Shown here one piece after another: positions 39,911 through 53,003 of a stretch of 64,000 nt of DNA; within the stretch, counting starts at the first letter, position 1; every line of letters begins with the position of its first letter. Location: NCBI RefSeq assembly GCF_004010195.1, contig NC_057737.1:35652866-35716865 (forward strand). The letters run 5' to 3'. The notes below the pieces were generated by a model. That model did not search any database and had not been told where the DNA came from. It was given only the letters and a program-made list of their open reading frames with translations. The translations under genes were made by a program, and so were the position numbers. Source of the stretch: Chiloscyllium plagiosum. Lineage: Eukaryota.

Positions 39911-40282
39911 GATGTGGAGGTGCTGGTGTTGGACTGGGGTGGACAAAGTTAAAAATCATACAAGACCAGGTCAGAGTCCAAAAGGTGGATTTGGAAGTAC
40001 AAGCTTTCAGAGTGCTGCTTCTTTGTCAGGTAGCTAGTGGACCAGGATCATAGGACATACTATATATATAGCAAAAGATCATAGTGTCATACAACTGATG
40101 CATTATATTGAGCAAACAGCAATCTAGATTTGTTGAATATGTTGCATCAGTTGTATGACACCATGATCTTTTGCTGTAAATTCTGTGTCCTATGATCCTG
40201 CTCCACTAACTACCCGACGAAGGAGCAGCACTCTGAAAACCCTTCCCTCCAAATATAACCTGATGTTGTGTAATATTTTTAA
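39911..40282. mobile_element. Fold-back Penelope-derived element (second family)
   Basis: Inverted arms at about 39949-40105 and 40140-40282 (e.g. GATCATAGGACA / TGTCCTATGATC and TGTCATACAACTGATGCA / TGCATCAGTTGTATGACA); unpaired ~38-nt tail at left; degenerate hammerhead cores in both arms. Confidence 0.7.
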
Positions 40283-43134
40283 AAAACTCTGTTTAAAACA
40301 TTTATCACTATATGAAAAGCGGATTATAGTAAATTGGCAATCTATTTTAAACCTGCTTGATGTACCTTTTTTACTGAAATTGATATAAAAGAACGTCAGG
40401 TAAGATGTGAAATGGATAGTTTATTCATCATTGCCTGTTTCATCCAGCAATTCATGTTGAAAGCACCCCAAATTTCTTCTTTCTAGAAGTATATCAGTTG
40501 CATATTCTATAGCTTTGTTTTGGCTGAGTCAGTATTTTGGCCTTGTGTATTAGATCTGTATTCCACTTCACTACTACTTAATCCTAACATTCTAGTCTTT
40601 AGTACATACCCCAGTGAATAGCTTTGTCATTTTTTAAGATCTTGAAAACTTTAAAATGTGTTAAATGTATTTTATATGAAAAAGAAAGTATGTTTACAGT
40701 GTGGTCTCTTACCTTATCTCATCCACAGACCCCATCCCACCACTTCCCCAGCCCAGTGGAGATTGTGTACTTTGCTTCTTGCTACTTTATATAGTGGCTG
40801 TTTTAACCACTGGGATCTCTTTCAAAGTTTCTGAAGAGCAGAGATTTCCTAGTTACAATACGGAGACACCTATCTTGTTGATATAGATTTTGCTTTTCAT
40901 GGAAGTGAAGCCAGAACAATGTGAAACTATTAAAAGATTGTAATTTCTGAAGAAAAATGCATAAGAGTTATATTTTTGAATACAAAGAGCTAAATAGATT
41001 AATCAATTTGTACATTGAATATTTTTCTTTGCTATTCCACTTAGCTTGCTCTTTTTGAAGGAAACTGTCATTTTTGTTAGTTTATTTTTCATCGAGGATA
41101 TTACATGGAAAATTTGCTTTGTATATATGGTATTTTGTGCAATGGAATGGAAACCAGCCAGAATATTCTGGGGCATTCAAACAGGCTCACATTTTATTTC
41201 AAAATAAGGTTTGAATGATAGTAAGTTAATTTTCCTATGATGTAATGGACTGTTCATTTTTGATGTTGTACTGGAACATATGTTGTTAAGTTAAATGCTG
41301 ATAATTCTGATTTGTAACTCAACTATTTTTCCAATCAATGTCAGACAACACAAATATTGATGAGGGATTCTAAATGTCTGCATAAAAAGTCTTCATCATT
41401 ATTGGATCAAAGATGCAATAAGCATTGCTTAAAGAAGATCCATGTACTTGGTGTATGATACATCCATTTGTATTGCAGTCAATGTTAATAATTAACTTGT
41501 GAATCACTAAACCTCTGTTTTAAATGATTCAACAATGTAATTAAGTTCCTTTCATAATTTAAGAAAAATCTTGTTAACTTTATTGCAAAATTATTTCTGG
41601 CTTTTTCTGCCTCAAATAAATTTGTCCAGGCAGTGAAGAAGAAATGTTAGTAATTTGTCATACTTTAGCAGTGGGACATTCCAAAGAAACAAGATTTGAA
41701 AGGTATATGTACACTGTCAGATGTGGTATGGTGCCTCGACTACACTGTATTTATAGTTGCAGACTTTACAAACATCACCTAGAGAGCATTCAATTTTACA
41801 AAATGTCTAGTTTGATTCTATTGCACAGTCCAAATTCTAAAGAATAGTTTATCAGTTAGATGTTTGGTTTAAGTATTTTCATGTTCAATTTTCTTTTAAA
41901 ATTTTGAAAAGGTAAGCACCAGCCTTGGCAATCGGTATAAGCACATGTGTATATTTTTAAAGTATTTGTGTATTATGGCCATTTGCATATTCCACTGTTT
42001 AGGATAAAGCACTTACTGAAAGTTATTTTCTGATATTTACTGAGGCACCATAAAATGGGTGCTGATCCTCTCCTATTGCCTTCAATGTGTATTGACTTCA
42101 AAATATGTCTCCTATTCATCAATACTGAGACAGAAACAATGTATTAATCACTGGTGCGTGCCTCAGTGATAAAAATTTGCAAAAGATGCAAACCATAATG
42201 TCAAAAATACTTTTTTTACCTCAAAGGTTAAGTGTTGCCTTTCATATTGTAAAACCTGAATGACTATTTAGATTGCTATTTGAAATGCTTGTGAAAATAA
42301 AGTGTTGCAATGCATTAAAAAGTGCACTATTTTACTTAGAATATCAATCAAAGTGATTATAATACCTGGTAAATTCATACTTGTGATTTGGAATGTGATA
42401 TGCCACCTCACACAGATACAGATTGCAGTTCGGTGCAATATACTTGAGATTTCAAAAGACTAAAGTGGACTTAAAGTGACTAAATTGAGGTTAGGGGCTG
42501 AAGAAGCAGATTGACAAGTTAATGTTAATAGAATGAAATTTGTAACCATTATTATTTATTATTTACATAAAATGTTTACCACCAAATTGGAAATTGTTTA
42601 AATTGATAAAATGTAAAAAAAAAAGTAACTTGCAGATTGGGCGGGTAAATGGCAACTGATAGGTGTAAGGTGGTATGGTTTGTTAGGAGAAATAAGTAAG
42701 TTACCTTGCAAAATAAAAGCTGGTATGATACAAATTCACAAATCATGAAAATCAAAAATGCTGGTTAACAAAGCTCTAAAAATGCAAATAAAACATTAGG
42801 GTTCATAACTTATATTTTTGTATTTAAATAACTTAGTATTATACTTGTATTGAAACTTAGACCACATATTGAAGTACTAGGCAAATATCTGGTTTCTATA
42901 TTGCAAAAGCAATGTAAAGTTACTGAAGGGGATGCAAAAGAAAATCTGACAAGAATTCCACCAGAGCTGAGAGGTTACAACTATAATGGAAGGCTAAACA
43001 AGTTTGGGTTCTTTTCTTTCAAAAAGTGAAGTTTCAGATGTGATTGGATTGAGGTCTAAGATTTTAAAGGAGTTTAATAGGGCATAGATATTTTCACTTG
43101 TGTTATTGTCCAAAACACAGGGCCATAAATACAG

Positions 43135-43723
43135 GGGGCGGCACGGTTGCTCAGTGGTTAGCACTGCTGTGTCACAGCACCAGGGTCCCAGGTTCAATTC
43201 CAGCTTCAGGCGACTGTCTGTATGGAGTTTGCGCATTCTCCCCGTGTCTGTGTGGGTTTTCTCCGGGTGCTCCGGTTTTCTCCCACAGTCCAAAGATGTG
43301 CTAGTCAGGTGAATTGGTCATGCTAAATTGCCCATAGTGTTAGGTGCATTAGTCAGAGGGGAAATGGGTCTAGGTGGGTTACTCTTCGGAGGGTCGGTGT
43401 GGACTGGTTGGGCCAAAGGGCCTGTTTCCACACTGTAGGGAATCTAATCTAAAGTAGGCAGCACGGTGGCACAGTGGTTAGCACCGCTGCCTCACAGTGC
43501 CAGAGTCCTGGCTTCAATTCCCACCTTGGGCGACTGTCTGTGTGGTGTCTGCGTGGGTTTCCTCCGGGTCCAAAAAAAGATGTGCAGGTTAGGTGAATTG
43601 GCCATGCTAAATTGCCCGTAGTGTTAAGTGTAGGGGAATGGGTCTGGGTGGGTTGCTCTTTGGAGTGTCGGTGTGGACTTGTTGGGCCGAAGGGCCTGTT
43701 TCCACACTGTAAGTAATCTAATC
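43135..43723 (+). mobile_element. Two head-to-tail HE1-like V-SINEs (43135-43451 and 43457-43723)
   Basis: Each has a GGC.GCACGGT.GC.CAGTGGTTAGCAC head, B-box, V-domain and AATCT tail. Confidence 0.9.
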
Positions 43724-43739
43724 TTTAAAAAAAAGCCAC

Positions 43740-44890
43740 TCATATCTACATTGTAAACCAACAGCAACCTGAATATACCAAACTGCAAATCTACTAAGTT
43801 TACATCCCCCATGAATTCCTGTATAGTAGTGAGACAGGGACTACTTATGATAGGAGAAAGTGAGGTCTGCAGACGCTGGAGATCAAAGCTGAAACTTTAT
43901 TGCTGGAACAGCACAGCAGGTCAGGCAGCATCTAGGGAACAGAAGATTCGACGTTTCGGGCACTTATGATAGGCAAGGTATCCTCAGCATATCTTGGGAA
44001 GACAAAGTCACCAACTTTGAGGTCATCGTTCGTGAAAGCATACACAATTTTCAAAAAATATCTGCAGTGACTTGTCATCATCTGTCCAGAAACAATTACA
44101 TGTGTGGTAATCTGGACACTGGGTCTAATCTACTGGATGTGTATATCTAGAGTCATAGAAATGTATGGCATGGAAACAAACCTTCGGTGCAACTTGTCCA
44201 TGCCAACCAAATATCCTAACCTAATCTCGACCCTTTCTATTCATATACTCATCCAGATGCCTTTTAAATGCTGCAGTTGTACCAGCCTCCACCAATTCTT
44301 CTGGCAGCTCATTCCATACATGCACCACCCTCTGTGTGAAAAAGTTGCCCCTTGGATCCCATTTATATCTTTCCCCTCACTCTGTAGCTTTGGCTCTCCA
44401 CACACATCTTTCTCTCCCCCCGGGAAAAGACTTTGTCTGTTTATACTATCCATGCCACTCTAAAATGTAGCACCTCAAATTTATCTAAATTAAACTCCAT
44501 CTGCCACTCCTCAGCCCATTGGCTCATCTGATCAAGATCCTGTTGTACACTGAGGTAACCTTCTTCACTGTCCACTACACCTCCAATGTTGGTGTCATCT
44601 GCAAACTTACTACAACACACCTACAGGTGAGCTATGAAATAAGGAAACATTGAATCAGGCAATTCGGAGACAGCCATTGAATGTTGAGATCCCTGGAGAA
44701 TGATTATTCAGAGGGGCTATCAAAAGAGGAGGGAAGAAATGGGAAATGTCTCAGCGCATTGCCTTTATCTGCAGCAAGTGCAACAGAGACTGCTGTGCAG
44801 GAGTAGGACTTCTGCATCACAGTAAGTGATGTTTAACAGAATTGACTACCAAAGTGCAAGCCATTGTCTCGTGATTTGGGAGGCTGACAA
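43740..44890 (+). mobile_element. RTE-clade LINE remnant with nested Penelope mini-element (43855-43961) and CR1 fragment (about 44150-44612)
   Basis: ILSISWEDKVTNFEV and C-terminal zinc-finger-like FICSKCNRDCCAGVGLLHH, both typical of RTE ORF ends. Confidence 0.6.
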
Positions 44891-45904
44891 ACTAATAAAT
44901 CAGTAAGAAATTCTATGGAAAATTCTTTAATCAAAGTAAAATCAACATTCAGGAGATACTCAGAAGGTCAGTCAGCATCTGTGGAGACATAAATAAAGTT
45001 AATAGAGTTCAATGACCCCTTTTAAGCAATCATGTGGAGTTAAGTTGCAATCAGTCATGATCTTAGTAAATGACTGTGCAGCTCAAGTGTCTTACCCCTG
45101 TTATGTATGTTCACATACACATATAGAATGTCAAACTGACAGGGTGAGATGAAGTAAGATGGGAAGACACTTGTGATTGAGATAAATTCTGAAAATGGTT
45201 GGGCTGTAAATACTATGAAACACAAGAGTGATTCTATACATGTTATGATTGCTACCACGTAGCACCCAACATTCATGATTATACTTGAATTTTCCTGAGT
45301 ACTGCAGGAACACTGGATTGCCATAATGTGTAGGTGCTCGTGTTGTACTGAGTGGACAAAATCAGAATTCACAGGACACCTGAAGAAGAGGGGCTGCCCT
45401 TCGAACGCTTGCGATTTCAAATAAACCTATTGCACTATAACCTGGTGTGGTGTGACTTCTGATTTTGAACATTGAATTGACAGTATAGAAAATAATCTCC
45501 CTTAGTTTGTTAAATTTCCTTTTTTCTTTATAATTTAAATGGTTATTGCTTGTGTCCCTTGAGGAAGGGCATCTCATTTGATAATTTTATTTGGTTGATG
45601 GGACTGAGCCAACCGAAAGAGAGTGAACAATTCTGGAGAGAGAGAGAGAGAGTGTGCAAGTTGCTGCGGTGTGAGCTGGTGGTTGACCAGGAGGACGGTC
45701 TGCAGCGGCAGTTGTCAGCTTGACTTGTCAGGGATATAGAGCGTTTGGACAGTTCATAACCGAGAGGCGTGAGAGCCGCCACCGCTGCTGCCCGAGCCGG
45801 GTGGGTGGGACACAGGGCTCCATCACGCCGCAGCCGGAGCTGAGGCGGGCTCCGCTCCCACACGAGCTGCAGGAGGATCCGGAGTGAGGCGTGAGGCCTA
45901 CTCC

Positions 45905-45918
45905 GTTACCAAGGAAAC
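45905..45918. promoter_or_regulatory. RFX X-box
   Basis: GTTACCAAGGAAAC is an imperfect palindrome of the GTTNCCATGGNAAC type, ending 16 nt before the ATG of a ciliary gene. Confidence 0.75.
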
Positions 45919-45934
45919 CGCGGGGACAGCGGGC

Positions 45935-46008
45935 ATGGCGTATTGCGGCGATGAGCGGGTGGAAGCGGTTTACCGGACCCGGGACCCGGTGAAAAATCTC
46001 CGGATCCG
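45935..46008 (+). CDS. MKS1: MKS1 coding exon 1 (ciliary transition-zone B9 protein)
   Basis: MAYCGDERVEAVYRTRDPVKNLRI(R) matches the MKS1 N-terminus EAVYRSRDPVRNLRLR; donor CG|gtacgg. Confidence 0.95.
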
Positions 46009-46868
46009 GTACGGGGCGAGGAGAAGATTAACCCGGGTTATTTTCTTCTGGGGTGGAAGAGAATGAGAATAACACGTTCTTTGGGCGGGAGGGGGAGAGG
46101 GTGTAGGAGTGAGGTGAACACCGTTGTGAGAATAATGAATATTTGGTTGTAAATGAGATGAATATAAGGTCAGGAAATGATCGTGTTTAATGTTTGAGGG
46201 GTGTGTAGAGTGTGATGGTGGGTCATATTATTGTGGGGTAGAGCATTCAGCTGTTGCATTTATTGAATAAAACTTGTTTTATTGCTTCAGTATGGAGAGG
46301 CGATGTCCTAAGTGGTATTATTATTAGACTTTTAACTCAGGGGACACTGATGGTGTCCTTGGAACTTGGGTTCAAAACATGTCAGATGGTGAAATAAACA
46401 ACCGCCTTGAATTAAGAGTCTAACAATGACCATATAACCATTGTTGATAAAACTCATCAGTTTCACGAAAGACCTTATACTCCTAAGCTGCTGTCCATAA
46501 CTGGTCTGCCCAACAAACCCACTGCAATGTGGTCGATTCTTAACTGCCCTCTGGAAAATCCTGGAAGCACAATAAGTGTTGGCCCAGCCAGTGGTATCCA
46601 CATCCTGTGAACAAATAAAAGAAACATGTTCAGGACAGAAGAACATGGGAGTGGTTCCGGGTAGAACGGTACATAAGGATGATGTTTTTGGACGAGAAAC
46701 TGACTAGATAGTTCTATTTTTCTAAACAAAAGCGAGATGTTGAGATGGAAAGTTGGATTCATGAAGGACAGCCAATGATCTCCATCGAAAACTTACCTGT
46801 GAAATGTTGCTTATCACTGTTGCACTTTGGCTAAAATTGCATTTATGTCAGAGTTACTCTGTCAAGCT

Positions 46869-48876
46869 GTCAAAAAATGTAGTGTTGGAAAAGAATAGCC
46901 GGTCAGGCAGCATCTGAGGAGCAAGAGAGTCAACATTTCAAGCATAAGCTCCTCATCAGGAATGTGTGAGTGTGTTGGCTGGGGGAGAACGGTGAGGAAA
47001 GGGGGCTGACATAAATGGGAGGGTGTGTGGAGCTGAGCGGAAAGTAGCTGGAAATGAAGGTGGGGATGATGGTGATATGTCAGAGTGGAGGGTGGAGCAG
47101 ATAGGTGAGAATGAAGATGAACGGGTAGGGCAATGCCGAGTTGGAGGGTTGGATCTAGGATAAAGTGGGGGGAGGGGAGATCAGGAAACTGGTGCAATCA
47201 ACATTGAACCCGTGTGATTGAAGGGTCCCACGGTGGAAGATGAGGTGTTCTTCCTCCAGGCATTGTGGGGCTAAACTTTGGTAGTGGAGGAGGCTTGGGA
47301 CTTGCATGTCCTTAGCACTGTAGGAGGGGGAGTTGAAATGTTTGGCCACAGGGTGGTGGGGTTGATTGCGTGTCTCCTGGAGATGTTCTCTGAAACGTTC
47401 TGCAAGTTGAAGTCCTGTTCCCCAATGTACAGAAGACCACATGGAGAGCAACAGACACAGTAGATGAGACTTTTGGAGGTGCAGGAAAATCTCTGCCGAA
47501 TGTGGAAGGATCCTTTGGGGCCTTGAATGAAGGTGAGGTGGGAGGTGTGGACAGAGGTTTTACAAGTCTTATGGCAGCAAGAGAAAGTGCCGGGAGTAGA
47601 GAGTGCATTGCTTGGGGATGGAGACCTAACGAGGAGGTCGTGGAGGGATATGGACTCTGCAGAATGCAGATAGGGGTGGGAAAGAAATATATCTCTCGTG
47701 GTGGGATCTGATTGTAGGTGTTGGAAATGGCAGAGGATAATGTGTTGTATCTGGAGGTTGGTCGGGTGAAAGTTGTGGACTGGGGGCGGTCTGTCCTTGT
47801 TGCGATTTGGAGGGGTGGGGTTCAATGGTGGCGGTGCAGGAACCCCACCCTTGAACTTTGCCCTTGAACCCCACCCCTCCAATTGCAACAAGGACAGAAC
47901 CCCCTGGTCCTCAACTTCCACCCCACCAACCTCCGGATACAACGCATCATCCATTGCCATTTCCGCCACCTACAAACAGACCTCAGCACCAGTGATATAT
48001 ATTCCCTCCCCACCCCTGTCTGCATTCCACAGAGACCATTCCCCCTGTGACTTCCTGGATGGGTTCATGCCCCCCACCAACCCACCCTCCACTCCTGGCA
48101 CCTTCCTTTGCCAATGCAAGAGGTGCAAAACCGACACCCACACCTCCCCCTTCACTAATATCCAAGGCCCCAAATGATCCTTCCATTTCCGTCAGAGATT
48201 TTCCTCCACCTCCAAACACCTCATCTACTGTGTCCGTTGCTCTCAATGTGATCTCCTGCACACTGGGGAGACAGGACGCTAATGTGTGGAACATTTCAGA
48301 GAACATCTTTGGGACACAAGCATTCAACCCCACAGCTCTGTGGTCGAAAACGTCAACTCCCCCTCCCAGTCCGCCAAGGACATGCAAGTCTTGAGCCGCC
48401 TCCACCACCAGATTCTAGCCACTGGACACCTGGAAGAAAAACACCACCTCTTACACCTTGGGACCCTCCAACCACACGGGAATCAATGTCGATTTCACCA
48501 ATTTTCTGATCTCCCCTCCCCCCACTTTATCCCAGATCCAACCCTCCAACTCGGTACAGCCCTCTTGAATTGTCATACCTGTGCCTCTTCCTTCCCATCT
48601 ATCCACTCCACCCTCCACTCTGACCTATCACTATCATCCCCTTACCTTCATCTACCTATCACATTCCCAGCTACCTTCCTCCTCACAACCCCACCCTCTC
48701 CCATTTATCTCTCAGCCCCGCTTGGCCCCCCACCCCACCATATTCCTGAGGAAGAGCTTATACTCGAAACATTGAATCTCCAGCTCCTCGGATGCTACCT
48801 GATGACCAGCTGTGCTTTTCCAGCACCACCCTTTTTGACTCTGATCTCCAGCATCTGCAGTCCTCACTTTCTCCTC
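46869..48876. mobile_element. 2-kb inverted (fold-back) Penelope-like insertion with 13-bp TSD
   Basis: Left arm on minus (FSCTSKSLIYCVCCSPCGLLYIGE, GIY-YIG) and right arm on plus cover the same PLE 3' region, with the axis near 47845; ACTCTGTCAAGCT at 46856-46868 and 48877-48889. Confidence 0.85.
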
Positions 48877-49004
48877 ACTCTGTCAAGCTTCCTAGCAGGT
48901 TATTCATAGTATTAATAAGTTTATTGTTAACCAGACAATTTCAATAATTTAAATGTTAAGTTGACTGAAGCAAGAAGTTAAGTGTGTTCAATTTTGTTTT
49001 GAAG

Positions 49005-49132
49005 TGTGTGGCTTCAACGGGTAACCCCAACGGCAGTCTTCACTCAACATGTTCTGCAACCAGCAATTCAACATGGACAAAATCTCATTGAAATGTCTAC
49101 GTTTGACACCCAGTCTTCAGGCAGAATGACAG
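49005..49132 (+). CDS. MKS1: MKS1 coding exon 2
   Basis: gaag|T VWLQRVTPTAVFTQHVLQPAIQHGQNLIEMSTFDTQSSGRMT G|gtaaac; phases match the neighbouring exons. Confidence 0.9.
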
Positions 49133-50604
49133 GTAAACTCCACATTTATCACATGCAGTCATTGAGTCATACAACACAGAAATGGACCCTTCAGTCTAAC
49201 CAGTCCATGCCTAACATAATCCCAAACTAAACTAGTCCCACCATTCTGCTCCTGGCCCATATCCCTCCAAACCTTTCCAATCTTTTAAATGTTGTAATCG
49301 TACCTGTGTCCACCACTTCCTCAGGAAGTTTATTCCACATGCGAATCACACGCTGTAAAAAAAAAACCCTTATATCTTTTTTTAAATCTCTCTCCTCTCA
49401 TCTTAAAAATGTGCCCCCCCAGTCTTGAAATTCACCATCTTAGGGAAAAGACAACTACCATCAACTCTACCTATACCTCTCATTATTTTCAACTTCTCAA
49501 GTTCCTATGTGGATTTTGCTTTCCTTGTTATTTGAATTACCAACTTGTTCCAAAGTGAGTTTAACATGGGATAATAGAGTTATAGGCCACTGCATCTTAT
49601 AACAGTTTGGTTGAGAGTGTAGAGATATGTTATGCTGTATGACATTTGAGACAGAGTGATTATATTGTTAGTAAAGACAAGCTAACTCTTTCATTAGCAT
49701 TTCTATATTACTGTCCTCAAACTAATGTCTTCGCACATCTCCAGATTTGGGTGTATGCTGTCCTCAGTTTTGCTCTGCAGTTGAGTGCTCGAAGATTAGC
49801 TATAAGTGTTCTTTTTCTCTAAGGCTAAGTGCCTCAGGGAGCATTCGAGGCCCAACCACCTTCAGGTGAACCATCAATAACTTTTTCTCTATCATAAGAT
49901 CTAAAGTAGGAATGTTCACTGATTGCAGAATTATAATCCCATCTAAGGTTATTATTGGGAAAGTTGGATCCCAAAGTGAAGTCTGCTTTGGTAATCATGT
50001 TTGTTTTGGTTTTAACAAGGGGTCGGTTTCCCTTTGATACACAAGTGTGCAAATTTTGTCTTAACAATAAAACAAATTAATTTTGCAAAATAAATTATAA
50101 TAAAATAGAATGAACAATCTATTTACTTAAAGCACAAAATTCAAGTGTTTTAAATATGCAGTAAAAGTATAATCCTGTTAATCCCAAAATAGTCCTGTAC
50201 CAATTCCAAAAAAAACCAAGTCTCTTACAAAACAGCCAATAGCAATCCTTCTACAATACTCACATCAGCATTCCTTGGTTAACACCTCAGTAGGTTTTTG
50301 GTAACAATGACTTTGGCTCCTAGACCAGGACCTCTAATAACTTTATTCCTGGAGTTGTCATACATCTGAGTTTAAACAAATTCGCCTTCATGTTTTCTTT
50401 AGGATTTTATCTCAATATTTCCAGCCTGGGGCTGTCATTAATTCCTTACTCTAATGTAGTCTAGTTTACCATATTCTCCCCTCCTTAATTCCATCACTAT
50501 TCAAATATACTTGCCCACTTGAATCTTGTCTTAATTTCCTTCTTTTAACCTGTTCTAAGATATTTCCTCATTCTATTCTTACTGTCGTCCCATTTCCCTA
50601 TCCC

Positions 50605-51229
50605 TGTATCAGTCGAAGTAAACACTCAGAGACACAGTACGACTTTACCTTCATATTTATTCAGGGCTCTGAGAGACAGACAGAGAGAGAGAGAGAGAGA
50701 GAGAGAAAATGATTGTGCATATGCACAGAGCCCTGAGTTCTCAGTCTTCTCTCGAACAGCAGATTCTTAAGGAATTATATAGTTACTTACAGGGAGCACC
50801 AGACAAAAATGGTAACATCTTGTTGGGTGACCGTTACAATCAGCGAACATCAACAGGAAAGATTAAGCCATCTGGCTTTATACTTGAATGTTCTTAACCT
50901 TGTTAACTGGTATTACACAATGGATGCTTTTTACCTCGTTAACCCACTACCCTTGCCTCCAGAACCTCTTTGTTTACTGCAAGTTCTTATCTGGTCAAAG
51001 TCATTCTAGCTGAGCAGTTATCATGCAACCCAAAACTTAACTCTTTCCCTACCTGCTCATACCTTATACACTTTCTCATTACCACCACTGGAATATTGCC
51101 TATCCCTAAGCTATTTCCCACTCTGAAACATTCCTCCATTCTATCTTGATATGTAATAATGCTTTTCAGCATTCTCTCCTTACCCATGGTGAGGTATTAC
51201 CCATTTTTCCTTATCTATGCAGAGATACA
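50605..51229 (-). mobile_element. Possible solo LTR containing a (GA)n microsatellite (50671-50706)
   Basis: Inverted termini TGTATC...GATACA; on minus, TATATAA near 50780 followed by AATAAA at 50656-50661; no TSD found. Confidence 0.35.
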
Positions 51230-51597
51230 TAAAGTAAAAATTGCCATAGTCCCAGAGGACCAAAGGGCTGCTCTCTCATTTAGAGAAAGAAACATTATGC
51301 TGGTTTAACCTGATGGTTACTATGTCTCAGGTAAGAGGCAATGTCAAGAAGGTGGGCTCTTCATGTTGATCACAGCCAGTACATAAATTGAAACCACATT
51401 ATGCTGTCACAAATTAGCCATATAACTGACTGGGCTAACTGACACACTCCACCTAGCACACAGAGAATCCCCTATTGTTTCCTTACCTATACTAAGATGT
51501 TCTCCTACTCTATCTTTAACTATGCCAATGTATTCCTTAATTTTGTCCTTTTTTGAGACTGCAACAATATTTGTCGTTTCTTTCCTTCATTTTTTAG

Positions 51598-51662
51598 GTG
51601 GTTATCGGACACATGACCAGGAGGAGGTTGTGGTGGGTTGGCAGGAGAAGCTATTCAGTCAG
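51598..51662 (+). CDS. MKS1: MKS1 coding exon 3
   Basis: ttttag|(G)GYRTHDQEEVVVGWQEKLFSQ|gtaact; conserved GWQEKLFSQ. Confidence 0.96.
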
Positions 51663-52682
51663 GTAACTCATCTGTCATTTTACTGTGAAATCAGAACAAT
51701 AGTGATTGATTTTGAAGTTTACTGTTAAGGCGGAAGGATATTATTTGAGGGATATATTTCACTTTATATCTTTGCTTTACAATATATTTTTAAAACAAAC
51801 AACCGTAAATTATAGATTAGAAGCAGCCCTATGCTAGCATCAGGTCCACTAAATTACATAATTTCATTTAATCAAATTGAATTCATAAAGCAGTCACTAT
51901 TTCAAGACTAGATTGACAGATTTAGTGCTCTGAGTGTGCTGGTGTGGTAGGATTTGTGGGGCACAATCATGTTGGTGTGATATAGAGGAGACTGATTGAC
52001 CTCAGACTATTCTATAGGTGGTCTGTAACCTTACCACTGAAGTCATTGGGAAGTAAAGATGAAGCTTTTATTCCCCTTACATATTAAAAATTTGTTAGGT
52101 ACTGCTTCTACTCCAATGACCAAATGGGAGGCAAGCCATTTTATTTGCACAGATTTGACTATTGAGCAAGGCAGCAACGCTGAGCAGTTGCTCAGTGCAG
52201 TAAATGCCGAACAGTGAGGGATTGGAGAGTGAGGGCAGATCGCAGAATCATTAGAGTAGTTGTACCACAGAAAGAGGCCATTAAACCTATTGTGTCTATG
52301 CTGGTTTTCTACCCAGTTTGCGACCTCCACTTGGTGCTAATTCCTTGTTTTTCCCTCTAACCCTGCAATTCTTTCCCTTTTTCAAATAATAATCAAATTA
52401 CCTTTCAAAAGCGTCTATTAACCATGTCTCCATCTCTTACCAGCATATTTTAGATTCTAACTACCTGTAGCATTAAAAGGGTTTTTCTCACATTGCCACT
52501 GCTAACTTTTAGCATTCACATTAAACCTTTCCTTTCTCGATCCTTTCACCATAGGAACAGTTTCTCCCTATCTAGTATGTCCATGCCCCTCATGATTTTG
52601 AACATCCTTATCTTGGCTAACTCTTCTCTTATGCAAGCAATGTCAATTTCTCCAATCTTTCTACGTAACTGAAGTTTCTATA

Positions 52683-53003
52683 CATACAGACAAGGAAGTA
52701 CACCACCTTGGCTGGGACAACACACACATCCTAGGTCAGGTGAAACAAAGACATGCCTGAGAATTCTTAGAGGCATAGCATTCTAACCAGAACTCCATCA
52801 ATAAACACATCGATTTCGATCCTATCTACCTTCCCTTGAAAAAAAGAACCAAAAATGACATCACCCACCTTAACAAAGGAAGACTTATATATAGGGAGAT
52901 GGGACATACCACCAGCACTTCACTGGAGACTCTCACTGATGATATTACCTAGTATGGTGACAAAACATCTGAAAACATCAGTGAGCTAACTTACATACTG
53001 AAC
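52683..53003 (+). mobile_element. Penelope-like 3' end (third family) with degenerate hammerhead motif
   Basis: WDNTHILGQVKQRHA*EFLEA*HSNQNSINKHID (GIY-YIG C-terminus), then TCA-CTGATGA-TATTACC...GGTGACA-AAACATC-TGA. Confidence 0.7.

Larger units (their letters stand above)
45680..46090. promoter_or_regulatory. CpG island at the MKS1 5' end
   Basis: High GC and CpG density around exon 1. Confidence 0.8.

Noticed and set aside
43135-43210. tRNA-like sequence with A and B boxes (also at other SINE heads)
   Set aside because: It is the head of HE1-like SINEs continuing into the V-domain, not a standalone tRNA gene.
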